A stretch of 64,000 bases of DNA, from IMG/VR virus record IMGVR_UViG_3300005805_000063, positions 22,634-86,633 of that record. One strand, given 5' to 3'. The notes below the pieces were generated by a model. It was given only the letters and a program-made list of their open reading frames with translations, did no database searches and was not told the origin of the DNA. The position numbers and the translations under genes were made by a program. Shown here piece after piece: positions 28,679-36,998 of this stretch. The DNA is from a virus (lineage: Duplodnaviria; Caudoviricetes). The first letter of the stretch is position 1, and each line of letters begins with the position of its first letter.

Positions 28679-30949
28679 TTATTTATTCTTGATTTCTGCA
28701 GACTTGACGGCATTTTGCCTTGCATATACCTCAAGCTGCTTTGCTTCCAGTTCAACTCTCTTTTTCTCCAAATCAAGTTTGGATACATCAACTTCCTTCT
28801 TTTGCGCCAGTGCCTGCTGCTCAATCTCCAGTTCGCGCTGGTTCTTGGCAATGTTTGCCTGAATCTCAGCAGACTGTGCTTTAAGCTTCTGTATTTCAGC
28901 TTCGCCCTTGGCCTGTGCCAGCTGAGCCTGAAGCTGTTGCATCTGCTCCTGCTGTTCCTGCATCTGTGCGCGCCGATTGACAACTGACACTTCAATGTCA
29001 CGGATGATTTCAGCAAGACCTGTTTTCTTGAACAACGGCAGCGCATCTTCAATCTGAAGCATGCCCTGCTTGATAAGTTCTGCAGACATTGCCTTCAGTT
29101 CTGCAACAGAACGACGGTCAGAAGACTTATTGGTGATATGAATTCCCCAATCGGCAAAGGGGAAGTTCCCTTCGTCCAGTTTAAAAATCTGTTGCTGACG
29201 TTTTGCATCAGTATAATGTCCAACCAGCCCATTCTTGTAAGCAACGCGGGCAGCATTTGCAAGATCTGTCAGCGCACGCTCAACAAACTCATCATGTTCA
29301 TTGAACAGATACTCAGTAACCATTGAAGAATTCTGAATAGCCTGCTGCATTGTCGCTTTTCCATCAAAGTACTGGGTGGCCCCAAGCTGTTGACGATTGA
29401 CACCCACAATTCGACCGGCAACGTCTTCAATGTGCTGAATCATTGAAAGAATTGCTTGGAGCCCCGCACCCAGTGTTTCATCATAGGACGGAAACTGGTT
29501 GAATGTACGGTCAGCCCCTTCTTTTGCACGGTCAATAAAGGCAGTACCCAGCTTCTTGTAGTACATGAACATCTTAATATTGTCAGCAGGGTTGCCAGTC
29601 TTAAAGTCAGGCAGCTGTGACAGGTCCATATAAGAACCCCTAACGCCCGATAGGGCAATCAGGTTCTCTTTATGGAAGTGCAGGACGTCGTACAGGTCCT
29701 GGAGGTCTTTGGTTTCACCAATAAGTGAATAGGGCTTTACTTTCCCATTGAAAGTCAGGCCGTTAAAGGACAGATATACCTTGCTAGGCTCAGACATTGA
29801 CCGTACGGGATGCTGAACCTTGCCAAGGTCAATATAAATATCATCGGCTACCCGGACGCCGGACCACAAATCCTGTATATAGCCCGTTTGAACGAACTTT
29901 TTTCGGCTACTGGGGAGCTGCTTAAGAACCTCGTTACTCAAAATCTTGATAAACGGGGCGTCTTCAGCGTGCTTATTCTCGTTTTTCAGGTAGTGGATTT
30001 TGCGAATTGACTTCCATTCCACATAATAAACCGCCAATTTGTGGTTTACTGCGGCATTTACAAAAGCCTTTGACTGGTCATTCAGCAGGTTATCCGCCTC
30101 AGAGGGGTTGTTCAGACGATAGAAGGCGTTTTTGTGATACATGTTCAACCATGTCTCAATCTTCTTGACGTCATCCTCCTTCATCCGCTCACCAAAGGTG
30201 TCGATGATTTCGGTAGGGGTCATCAGGCGTACGCGCACGCACCAGTCGCACTCGTTCACCCACTTGACCTGATTGTCTGCATAGAACAGCTCATCCCCCT
30301 TCACCACCTCATACCGGGGGTCCTCACCAATACGATTGACATGGACCCTGTAATACTCGCGGCCAACAATCATCTTGTCCAGAAAGTTCTCAGAAAACTT
30401 ACGGTCAAGACGATGCTTGAGCATATACTGATGCAGGAAGTGCTGCACTCCAATTTCAGACTCGCTCTTGTACTCCTGACGATAGTAACGCTCAAGACGC
30501 TCCATCGCCTTATCCACATCCTCACCTGACTTAATCACTTCCGTGATTTCACTCAACAATTGAGAAGATACATTGCGGATCTTCTCTTCAGTTGATTCGT
30601 TATCTTCAGAATGTGCAGAGAATTCAAACTGACGCTCTTCAGCTTCAGACAGAATACGGTTAATAAGCGGACGTGTGAGCGGAATGTGCTTTATCTTTCC
30701 CGCAGGGAATTCAATTCCATACGTGCGGGTCAAATGTTCAAATTGTTCTTCTGAACGAACTCCATTATAAAGATTATAGAATTCGTCAGACTTCGTACGC
30801 CACCACATTGGTGACATTGAAATACACCAGTCTACGTTTTCAGAAGCCCACTCCTCATTTTTCTGCGACTCTGGTACATTCTGCTTGGGTTTGAACCCGT
30901 ATGAGAATGACCGAGGTGAAGAAACCGGTTGGGTAAATTGACCATTCAT
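28679..30949 (-). CDS. Portal protein (756 aa)
   Basis: Follows TerL. Motifs FLDKMIVGREYYRV, KPYSLIGETKDLQDLYD, GVNRQQLG and a Q-rich coiled-coil C-terminus fit crAss-like portals. Confidence 0.85.
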   Translation of the reverse strand: MNGQFTQPVSSPRSFSYGFKPKQNVPESQKNEEWASENVDWCISMSPMWWRTKSDEFYNLYNGVRSEEQFEHLTRTYGIEFPAGKIKHIPLTRPLINRILSEAEERQFEFSAHSEDNESTEEKIRNVSSQLLSEITEVIKSGEDVDKAMERLERYYRQEYKSESEIGVQHFLHQYMLKHRLDRKFSENFLDKMIVGREYYRVHVNRIGEDPRYEVVKGDELFYADNQVKWVNECDWCVRVRLMTPTEIIDTFGERMKEDDVKKIETWLNMYHKNAFYRLNNPSEADNLLNDQSKAFVNAAVNHKLAVYYVEWKSIRKIHYLKNENKHAEDAPFIKILSNEVLKQLPSSRKKFVQTGYIQDLWSGVRVADDIYIDLGKVQHPVRSMSEPSKVYLSFNGLTFNGKVKPYSLIGETKDLQDLYDVLHFHKENLIALSGVRGSYMDLSQLPDFKTGNPADNIKMFMYYKKLGTAFIDRAKEGADRTFNQFPSYDETLGAGLQAILSMIQHIEDVAGRIVGVNRQQLGATQYFDGKATMQQAIQNSSMVTEYLFNEHDEFVERALTDLANAARVAYKNGLVGHYTDAKRQQQIFKLDEGNFPFADWGIHITNKSSDRRSVAELKAMSAELIKQGMLQIEDALPLFKKTGLAEIIRDIEVSVVNRRAQMQEQQEQMQQLQAQLAQAKGEAEIQKLKAQSAEIQANIAKNQRELEIEQQALAQKKEVDVSKLDLEKKRVELEAKQLEVYARQNAVKSAEIKNK

Positions 30950-30978
30950 ATCTCGAAGTTAGGCAAATGTAAACATTT

Positions 30979-32937
30979 TTAATTAAATACAAGATTTCCT
31001 TTGGAATCTCGAATAAATTTCGGAAAGTGAACTGAGCTTGATTCTGCCGCTTTTGCAGCAATTTTAAACATATCATCATCTGCAACAATTGTTATTGCAG
31101 CAGCCATTGTCTCGTCATATTGATTCTTATCTCTTCCTTCAAATGTAAATCCAAGCATGTCCCTGATAAGGGAGGTGAAGAATATCTGGTCTGCATCCGT
31201 GCGCACGTATGAAACCAATCGCGATATCACGTGTCTTTTTACCTCGGACGGCATTGAAATTCCATATCTGTTAGTAGTAAGACTTTCCTTCACCACTGTT
31301 GAATCCAATCTTGGACGACGATGAAGCATGTACTCAAACCCGTTTGTGATATAATGTTGAAGGATACCTGTCTTGGTATACTCAACCAGTATCTTCGAGT
31401 TATAGTACATGTTGAGTTTAATCGTGTTCCAATAGAAATCAGTTGCGTCATCAGTACGCTCAACAAGCTTTGCAACAAATACCCTTGAGGTCTCGCTTGC
31501 ATTGAAGAATCGCTTGTATACAATATTAGCCCCGCGCGATTTGCGATTCTTCCTTTCTGACTCACTCATCTTACGGTCATCCTCTGCAACAGCATCAAAG
31601 GAGTCACATCCTGAAACATACAGATGATTCACCCTGCCGTGTTTCCAGTCTTTGCGTGACCATGCCGGATGCTCCAATATTTCAAACACTCCTTCCGGGT
31701 CCTGCTCCCAGCGTACACCTGTTATCTTACTTCCATCACGTTCCCATTCAAGATTCCCACGCTGCACCATGTTCTTGATTGCAGGGTTCCTCTCTATCTC
31801 GGAATATCTGCGTTCCAATATATCAACCGGAAACACACCATGACCTGATACCTGAAATGCCTCATCCGGGTCATACGGAAACTCTGAAGACAATTGCCTG
31901 TATAGTTCGGCATTTGCCTTTACACGTTCACGCTGACGGTCAAGGTCAGCCTTTGCACCTTCCACATCAGACACTCCGGACTTCTCATAGAACCCAGTGT
32001 ACTTTGCATACGAAGGAATGAACTTACCTATCTTCCGCTCCTTATACTCATAAGCACGCAAGCCATACTCCTCAGGATTGTTGAACATCACCTTTGCATC
32101 GGTTGATCCTCCCGAATCCATTTCACCACCCGTTCCGATAAACATGGCAAATGTCATCTTGATTGAACCCCGTCTCCAGGAAGGCTGTGTCTTTTTAAAG
32201 CATTCAATCAATGAAGCCGCACCTGTCCATGAACCCACCTCTTCAAATATATGTATGTTCGGACGTGTACCCCGTGTCTTACCTGCATCAGAATCGTATA
32301 CCACTTTGCGTATCATTGATGCAGAGTCCATATTCACAAAGCGATTGGTCTCTTCATCACGCATACTGTATCCTGACTGCTTCAGCACACTGGTATCCTT
32401 GAGCAGTGACCGGCGTATCTCTGCCGGCTGGGAGTTCAATCCCATCTCTATCTTTTCCCAAAGCAATGCAGCAAACCTTTCTGTTGATGCACTGATGATT
32501 GATTCACTCACATCCTTGAATGTGAATTCATGCTCCACTATTGTAGAGACACTGAAAGACTTTCCAAATCCCCGACCGGTTATCAGCATGATGCCCTCGT
32601 TTCCATTGGTGCGACACCAGTGAATATCTTCAAACAGCTGCTGGTCTTCGTAAGAATAATACGGATGCTCGACCACAACATTGTTTGTCTTGATGTCAAG
32701 CATGTTTATCTTCTTAAAATTAAGATGATAATAATACGCGGGCGTCACGGAATATCCGCCGTCCGACCATCCTTCCAGACATCTGCGCGTCTGCTCTTCC
32801 CACCACTGAATATAATCCAGTGAATCAGGATGCAGGTTCGGCATGAACCTTCCTTCAAAAAAGGATTTTGGCAGAATACAATCAGGTTGATTGTATATTG
32901 TTATTTCAGATGATTTAGAAGTTTTCCTCATCATCAA
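30979..32937 (-). CDS. terL: Terminase large subunit (652 aa)
   Basis: ATPase: LITGRGFGKS, IFEEVG, FIGTGG. Nuclease: YVSGCDSFD, KILVEY, QYDETMA. No intron or intein seen. Confidence 0.93.
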   Translation of the reverse strand: MMMRKTSKSSEITIYNQPDCILPKSFFEGRFMPNLHPDSLDYIQWWEEQTRRCLEGWSDGGYSVTPAYYYHLNFKKINMLDIKTNNVVVEHPYYSYEDQQLFEDIHWCRTNGNEGIMLITGRGFGKSFSVSTIVEHEFTFKDVSESIISASTERFAALLWEKIEMGLNSQPAEIRRSLLKDTSVLKQSGYSMRDEETNRFVNMDSASMIRKVVYDSDAGKTRGTRPNIHIFEEVGSWTGAASLIECFKKTQPSWRRGSIKMTFAMFIGTGGEMDSGGSTDAKVMFNNPEEYGLRAYEYKERKIGKFIPSYAKYTGFYEKSGVSDVEGAKADLDRQRERVKANAELYRQLSSEFPYDPDEAFQVSGHGVFPVDILERRYSEIERNPAIKNMVQRGNLEWERDGSKITGVRWEQDPEGVFEILEHPAWSRKDWKHGRVNHLYVSGCDSFDAVAEDDRKMSESERKNRKSRGANIVYKRFFNASETSRVFVAKLVERTDDATDFYWNTIKLNMYYNSKILVEYTKTGILQHYITNGFEYMLHRRPRLDSTVVKESLTTNRYGISMPSEVKRHVISRLVSYVRTDADQIFFTSLIRDMLGFTFEGRDKNQYDETMAAAITIVADDDMFKIAAKAAESSSVHFPKFIRDSKGNLVFN

Positions 32938-33565
32938 TTATTTCGCGTCGCCCCGCCTCTTCCTTTGCCCTTGACGCTTTGCCCATCTCAGCTCTGCGCT
33001 TCTCCAAGAACGAAACCTGACGCTGACCTCTTACGGCTCCCGTTGAGTTCTGTTTCATGATGGAATTCTTCAGAGCCTCGCGTGCAGCATTTATCTTGGT
33101 CATGTCCTGCATCATCTTATTAAGAATCGGAAAGTTGGACACATAATCCACTCCTCCCCGAACGGCCACCTTCTCAATCTCAATCTTGGTGTTATCAATC
33201 AGCCGGTTTATCTCATATATCTTCTTATCAAACGCCCGGACACTGGCTTGCTCGGGGGTGTCATAAGCCAACTGATACCGCACAATTGCATCTTCCAAGT
33301 ACTTATCATCAAACTTACCCTTGAACTTGTGAGTATAATCTCCATACAGTTCCCGTTTGGCCAATGCCATTACCTCAGTAGGGTCGGACTTTGCAAAAGG
33401 TGCGTTTTCATCCATCTGCGCGCAGATATGGATATAAGTCAGCATCTTGATAGCCTCCACCTTATTCTTGGATTTGTCCTTCTCCCATATCTCACGCAGG
33501 GGCTCCAGCGTTATAGAAAGCGGGTCGACAATTACGCTGTGTTTTTCAAGATTGAATTTAAGCAT
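32915..33565 (-). CDS. Helical protein upstream of TerL (candidate small terminase)
   Basis: Position and helical composition only. Confidence 0.35.
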   Translation of the reverse strand: MLKFNLEKHSVIVDPLSITLEPLREIWEKDKSKNKVEAIKMLTYIHICAQMDENAPFAKSDPTEVMALAKRELYGDYTHKFKGKFDDKYLEDAIVRYQLAYDTPEQASVRAFDKKIYEINRLIDNTKIEIEKVAVRGGVDYVSNFPILNKMMQDMTKINAAREALKNSIMKQNSTGAVRGQRQVSFLEKRRAEMGKASRAKEEAGRREIIDDEENF

Positions 33566-34376
33566 TGCGCTGTTTGATATGATGTTTCACCAGTTTCACC
33601 GCTTCCTTGCGCATATACTCCACGGGATACATGGCAATTGTGTCAAACGTCTCCTTATTCACATGCTCAATTGCCAAATTACCAATATTGTATCCTGTCT
33701 GCTCCAGCATCAAAGCATACAGGGATATCTGCAGACTGTATACGTAAAAATTCGCATTGGGCACAGAAGAAAGCGGTGCCAGCAAAGTCTGTGACTGAAA
33801 AGCAGTCTTACTTATTTCCTTTGAAGTCTTGTAATCCTTGATATGAACGGTCTTGCCAACCTTCATTACCCAATCAACCTGACCGGCAATCTTCCACTCA
33901 TCATTATAAATCATCAACTCCGGATACAATCCATTGTTTGAGAAATCCTGTGCAGCAAGCAGGTCTATCCCGGACAAAACCTTCAACTCGGTCATGTCCG
34001 GGCTATAGACTATCTTCTCCTTGACGTGCTGCTCCTTCATCTTATGATACTCCGTACCCTTGGAAAGGGCCAGCTCTTTGCTGGATTCCCATTCGGCCAG
34101 TATCTCCCGCTTCTTCTCAATCACCTGACGGCGATAGGGGAAGTCCTTATCAATAGAGCGGGCAAAGACAACAACATTCTCCCATCCGCCAGCCTTCTTC
34201 TTATACGAATCCCACTCTCCCGTATCAGAGAGAACAGCCTTCAATGCCTTATACGCAGACCAGTAGTCCGCATCAAACGGCGGCGTGTACTTCTTAATGA
34301 GGGTGGTCACCGATGTGTACACCTCTCCCGAAGTTGAGGTGTACCTGTGGGCTTCTTCATTAAACGTAACGGGCAT
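33558..34376 (-). CDS. PD-(D/E)XK (Cas4/lambda-exonuclease-like) nuclease
   Basis: KGTEYH, YPELMIY, AGQVD, IKDYKT, YSLQISLYALML. Confidence 0.85.
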   Translation of the reverse strand: MPVTFNEEAHRYTSTSGEVYTSVTTLIKKYTPPFDADYWSAYKALKAVLSDTGEWDSYKKKAGGWENVVVFARSIDKDFPYRRQVIEKKREILAEWESSKELALSKGTEYHKMKEQHVKEKIVYSPDMTELKVLSGIDLLAAQDFSNNGLYPELMIYNDEWKIAGQVDWVMKVGKTVHIKDYKTSKEISKTAFQSQTLLAPLSSVPNANFYVYSLQISLYALMLEQTGYNIGNLAIEHVNKETFDTIAMYPVEYMRKEAVKLVKHHIKQRNA

Positions 34377-34379
34377 GAA

Positions 34380-34739
34380 TCAGGATAAGGTGAGCAAATA
34401 GCGGGTCTTGTTGACAGACGCACGCAGATCATCCAGCATATTCACCAGATCCGTGCGACCCTCAAGCTCCTTGCGCAGCTGTGAAATATAAGAATCAACG
34501 CCATCCAAATACTTAAATACCTGATTGACATCCTTATAATCCTCATACTTACCATCCACCTTGGGAGCTGCAACCCTTGGACCATTCATCATGTGCTTTT
34601 CCAGAAAGTCATCAGTGAAATCAGTGACCGTATCATAAAACGAACCCAGTGCCAAGTGCATGGCGTAACCCTTGGTCTGGAGATGCCATACTTTAATCTG
34701 GTTGGCACAGAAGAACATCTTTGACAAAAACTCTTTCAT
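34380..34739 (-). CDS. Ferritin/Dps-like four-helix protein (DUF5856-like)
   Basis: WHLQTKGYAMHLALGSFYD..DDFLE..NKTRYLLTLS pattern. Confidence 0.7.
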   Translation of the reverse strand: MKEFLSKMFFCANQIKVWHLQTKGYAMHLALGSFYDTVTDFTDDFLEKHMMNGPRVAAPKVDGKYEDYKDVNQVFKYLDGVDSYISQLRKELEGRTDLVNMLDDLRASVNKTRYLLTLS

Positions 34740-34815
34740 CTTACTTGTTATTTAAGTTTACTTCAAAACTACATTATCAGGAACAATATTTCCTAAACCT
34801 GTCTGATAGCAGGCC

Positions 34816-35082
34816 TTAATCGTAATTTCCGGGAAATCGATAAACCCACCCACTATATTTATCTGCCGCTCGCGAGTCAGTTGAAGATACTCTTGGGTGG
34901 AGACCGTCCACTTTTTTATCCCGGTTGCTTTCGACCTTTTCCTTATTTTCATCTTCAGTATTTCCGTGCTCATTTTCAATTTGGATTAACAGTTCAACAT
35001 ATTCCTTCATCCTTCTAAGGAAGGCCAATCGTCTTGCATCATAACTCATTGTCAGAAAATTTAGATTTAAAAATCTCTTCAA
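34816..35082 (-). CDS. Hypothetical protein; overlaps alternative ORF 34758-34979, so the coding frame is ambiguous
   Basis: Two overlapping frames fill this gap and neither has a recognisable motif. Confidence 0.3.
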   Translation of the reverse strand: MKRFLNLNFLTMSYDARRLAFLRRMKEYVELLIQIENEHGNTEDENKEKVESNRDKKVDGLHPRVSSTDSRAADKYSGWVYRFPGNYD

Positions 35083-35266
35083 TGGCCCTGTCCACGGACA
35101 GGTTCATACCATTCTTATACATATCCAGTTCAGTCAAACAGGCCATGCCAAACTCCAGCATCTGACGACGCTCCTTCTCCAGCCATTCCTTTGACTCCCG
35201 GTCAAATCTTTCATTGCGACCGGACTTGGCCACTTCATCAACTATTTCCTTGAGGACTGTTTTCAT
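35039..35266 (-). CDS. Hypothetical protein (75 aa)
   Basis: Coupled to neighbouring genes; charged helical composition. Confidence 0.55.
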   Translation of the reverse strand: MKTVLKEIVDEVAKSGRNERFDRESKEWLEKERRQMLEFGMACLTELDMYKNGMNLSVDRAIEEIFKSKFSDNEL

Positions 35267-35753
35267 CTATCATTTGTGGGTTTATTCCTAAATCCAATTC
35301 AGCATACTTCTTAAACTTCGGGGCATCAGCCTCCCGGGTCTCAGCCTCAATCTCCTTGACTGACCTCACCCGGTCAGCCACATCAGACGACCAAAACAAC
35401 TTAGGGTTGACCCTGTAAACGCCGCGGGAAATGCGGATAATAATCCCGACATCCGTCAGCTCCCTTATCGCAGCCTTCAGGGTACTCTCACTATAAGACT
35501 TTGGCCGGGCTATAGAACCCAATGCCTTATTAAACTCCGCATACATCCGGTTGGAATACGCAAACCCATTATCCTCACTTACCCGACCCATGACCCACAA
35601 TATAAAATCCTTGGAACACGATGAAGAAAGAGAAGCCACCTGATTAAATGCAGCATTATAAAACTGAAAATAATCCATGTCCAAATCCACATACCCTTGC
35701 TTGGTCTTTTGGACAACCTCCTGCGTTTCGAAGAATACCCTGCGCCGTTTCAT
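35238..35753 (-). CDS. RepL-like winged-helix DNA-binding protein; first gene of the late arm
   Basis: SESTLKAAIRELTDVGIIIRISRGVYRVNPKLFW matches the wHTH plus GxYxVNP wing of plasmid RepL-family proteins. Confidence 0.7.
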   Translation of the reverse strand: MKRRRVFFETQEVVQKTKQGYVDLDMDYFQFYNAAFNQVASLSSSCSKDFILWVMGRVSEDNGFAYSNRMYAEFNKALGSIARPKSYSESTLKAAIRELTDVGIIIRISRGVYRVNPKLFWSSDVADRVRSVKEIEAETREADAPKFKKYAELDLGINPQMIDENSPQGNS

Positions 35754-35876
35754 AGTACAATATTATATACTTTCTTGAGATAGTACATTATACTATACGA
35801 TATTAATAATTTTTAAGAAAGTTCTTGCAAATACAACTTTTAAATACCATAGGTTTTTAGGGGGTCCAACGGAGAT

Positions 35877-35939
35877 AGTATACTGGGGATATACTTGAAG
35901 TATACCGGGGATATACTCTGAGTATACTGGGGATATACT
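35877..35939. repeat. Three 19-bp dyad repeats AGTATAC(T/C)GGGGATATACT with 22-bp period (iteron/operator-like)
   Basis: Copies at 35877-35895, 35899-35917 and 35921-35939 with one mismatch. Each has inverted arms AGTATA/TATACT around a 7-bp core; spacers are 3 bp. Confidence 0.9.
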
Positions 35940-35998
35940 ATCTAAAAGCTCTTGTCCCTGATAACCAAGCAGTTAACTGTTTTTCCCTCTCTCTATAT

Positions 35999-36066
35999 GT
36001 CCAGCATACTTGCACAGCAAGTATTTCAGGCTGCTGGACCGGCGAAGCCGCCCCCAAGATTGGGGG
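35999..36066. promoter_or_regulatory. Cluster of adjacent DNA hairpins in the strand-switch region
   Basis: GTCCAGC..GCTGGAC encloses ATACTTGC-ACA-GCAAGTAT; then CGGC-GAA-GCCG; then CCCCCAA-GA-TTGGGGG. Confidence 0.55.
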
Positions 36067-36206
36067 TAGGGGGCTGATAGTGTACCACTTACATCCATAA
36101 TCGGCATTATACTACCCATCACTCCACCTCATTGTACACTATAAGGTACATTATCTTGTACACCCAGTTTAACATATCCTCCATCAATCAACTATCAGTT
36201 CACTGT

Positions 36207-36246
36207 AAAAAATAAATTTTTCTGTGCGGTGAAAAATAAAATTTTT
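36207..36246. repeat. Two A-tract/T-tract dyads, AAAAAATAAATTTTT and AAAAATAAAATTTTT, 25 bp apart
   Basis: Directly visible; they lie about 70 bp upstream of the first plus-strand gene. Confidence 0.7.
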
Positions 36247-36316
36247 ATGTGGTGGATGCGGGGAGGGTACACCCCCAGACCCGCCCTAGCCATGCCCGGT
36301 TTAAACAAACATCAAC

Positions 36317-36661
36317 ATGGCACACAACATGTCTGGCGGCGAGTTCAAGGAACTTGCTACCAAAATCTCTGCTAGTAAAGCATCTGTACTTCCTCCGTTG
36401 TACAAGCCCGTCAAGGTCACTGAGACTGACGTTGAACTGGCTTCACTTCCTGAGGACCAGTACAAACGCCGCGTATACACATTCGACGGTGTGACCGTCC
36501 GTTGCGCTATCGACACCTCTGTACCATCTGATGCTAATCGCATCACCGTGGTATACTGTGAGTCTGTCGAAGACCTCGAGGTCACCGTGCGTGGCAAGAA
36601 AGTCGTCTATCCCAAAGGCATGGGTGCATTCCGCATCTATCCTGCTGGGATAACAATCTAA
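36317..36661 (+). CDS. First gene of the early arm (114 aa), unknown function
   Basis: A-rich leader AAACAAACATCAAC-ATG, C/T-ending codon bias, own terminator. Confidence 0.75.
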   Translation: MAHNMSGGEFKELATKISASKASVLPPLYKPVKVTETDVELASLPEDQYKRRVYTFDGVTVRCAIDTSVPSDANRITVVYCESVEDLEVTVRGKKVVYPKGMGAFRIYPAGITI

Positions 36662-36669
36662 TCTGGTAT

Positions 36670-36703
36670 GGGTGCCGACTACGGTCGGTACCCAACCTTT
36701 TTT
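36670..36703 (+). terminator. Intrinsic terminator
   Basis: GGGTGCCGAC-TACG-GTCGGTACCC stem with C(UACG)G tetraloop, followed by a T6 run. Confidence 0.85.
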
Positions 36704-36797
36704 GCTTGCTTGTCAATCACCAACCAACCTCATTTAAACCAACTGAAACTCACATCTTTTTTATATATATTCTTAACTGCAAACTAAACCCAAATCC

Positions 36798-36968
36798 ATG
36801 ATTACTGTAATTGCACGAAGCACAAAGTTTTTGTACATAAACAAAAACAATAGACTTATTTCTGTAATGCTTAACCATTCAAAAGAAGAAATTAATAATG
36901 AGTTTTTCTCTCTACCTTTCTTCAGTAATGAAGATGAAGTAAGAAAGGCTTTTCCTGAGCTTATGTAA
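36798..36968 (+). CDS. Small hypothetical protein (56 aa, MITVIARSTK...FPELM)
   Basis: Below the ORF-track cutoff; A-rich leader; followed by a terminator. Confidence 0.55.
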   Translation: MITVIARSTKFLYINKNNRLISVMLNHSKEEINNEFFSLPFFSNEDEVRKAFPELM

Positions 36969-36970
36969 GA

Positions 36971-36998
36971 ACTAAAGGGGTGAAATTCCCCTTTTTAG
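36971..36998 (+). terminator. Intrinsic terminator
   Basis: AAAGGGG-TGAAATT-CCCCTTT stem followed by further Ts. Confidence 0.75.

Noticed and set aside
30979-32937. Introns or inteins in terL, polB, dnaB or the capsid gene, which are frequent in crAss-like phages
   Set aside because: Genes are contiguous and of normal length, with no intein or homing-endonuclease motifs seen.
34758-35082. Programmed frameshift between two overlapping ORFs at A-AAA-AAG
   Set aside because: The slippery-like run is present, but I see no stimulatory structure and cannot tell which frame is real; too weak to claim.
35877-35939. Repeats as a mini-CRISPR array, with the PD-(D/E)XK nucleases as Cas4
   Set aside because: Spacers are only 3 bp, repeats are 19 bp, and there are no cas1/cas2 or effector genes.
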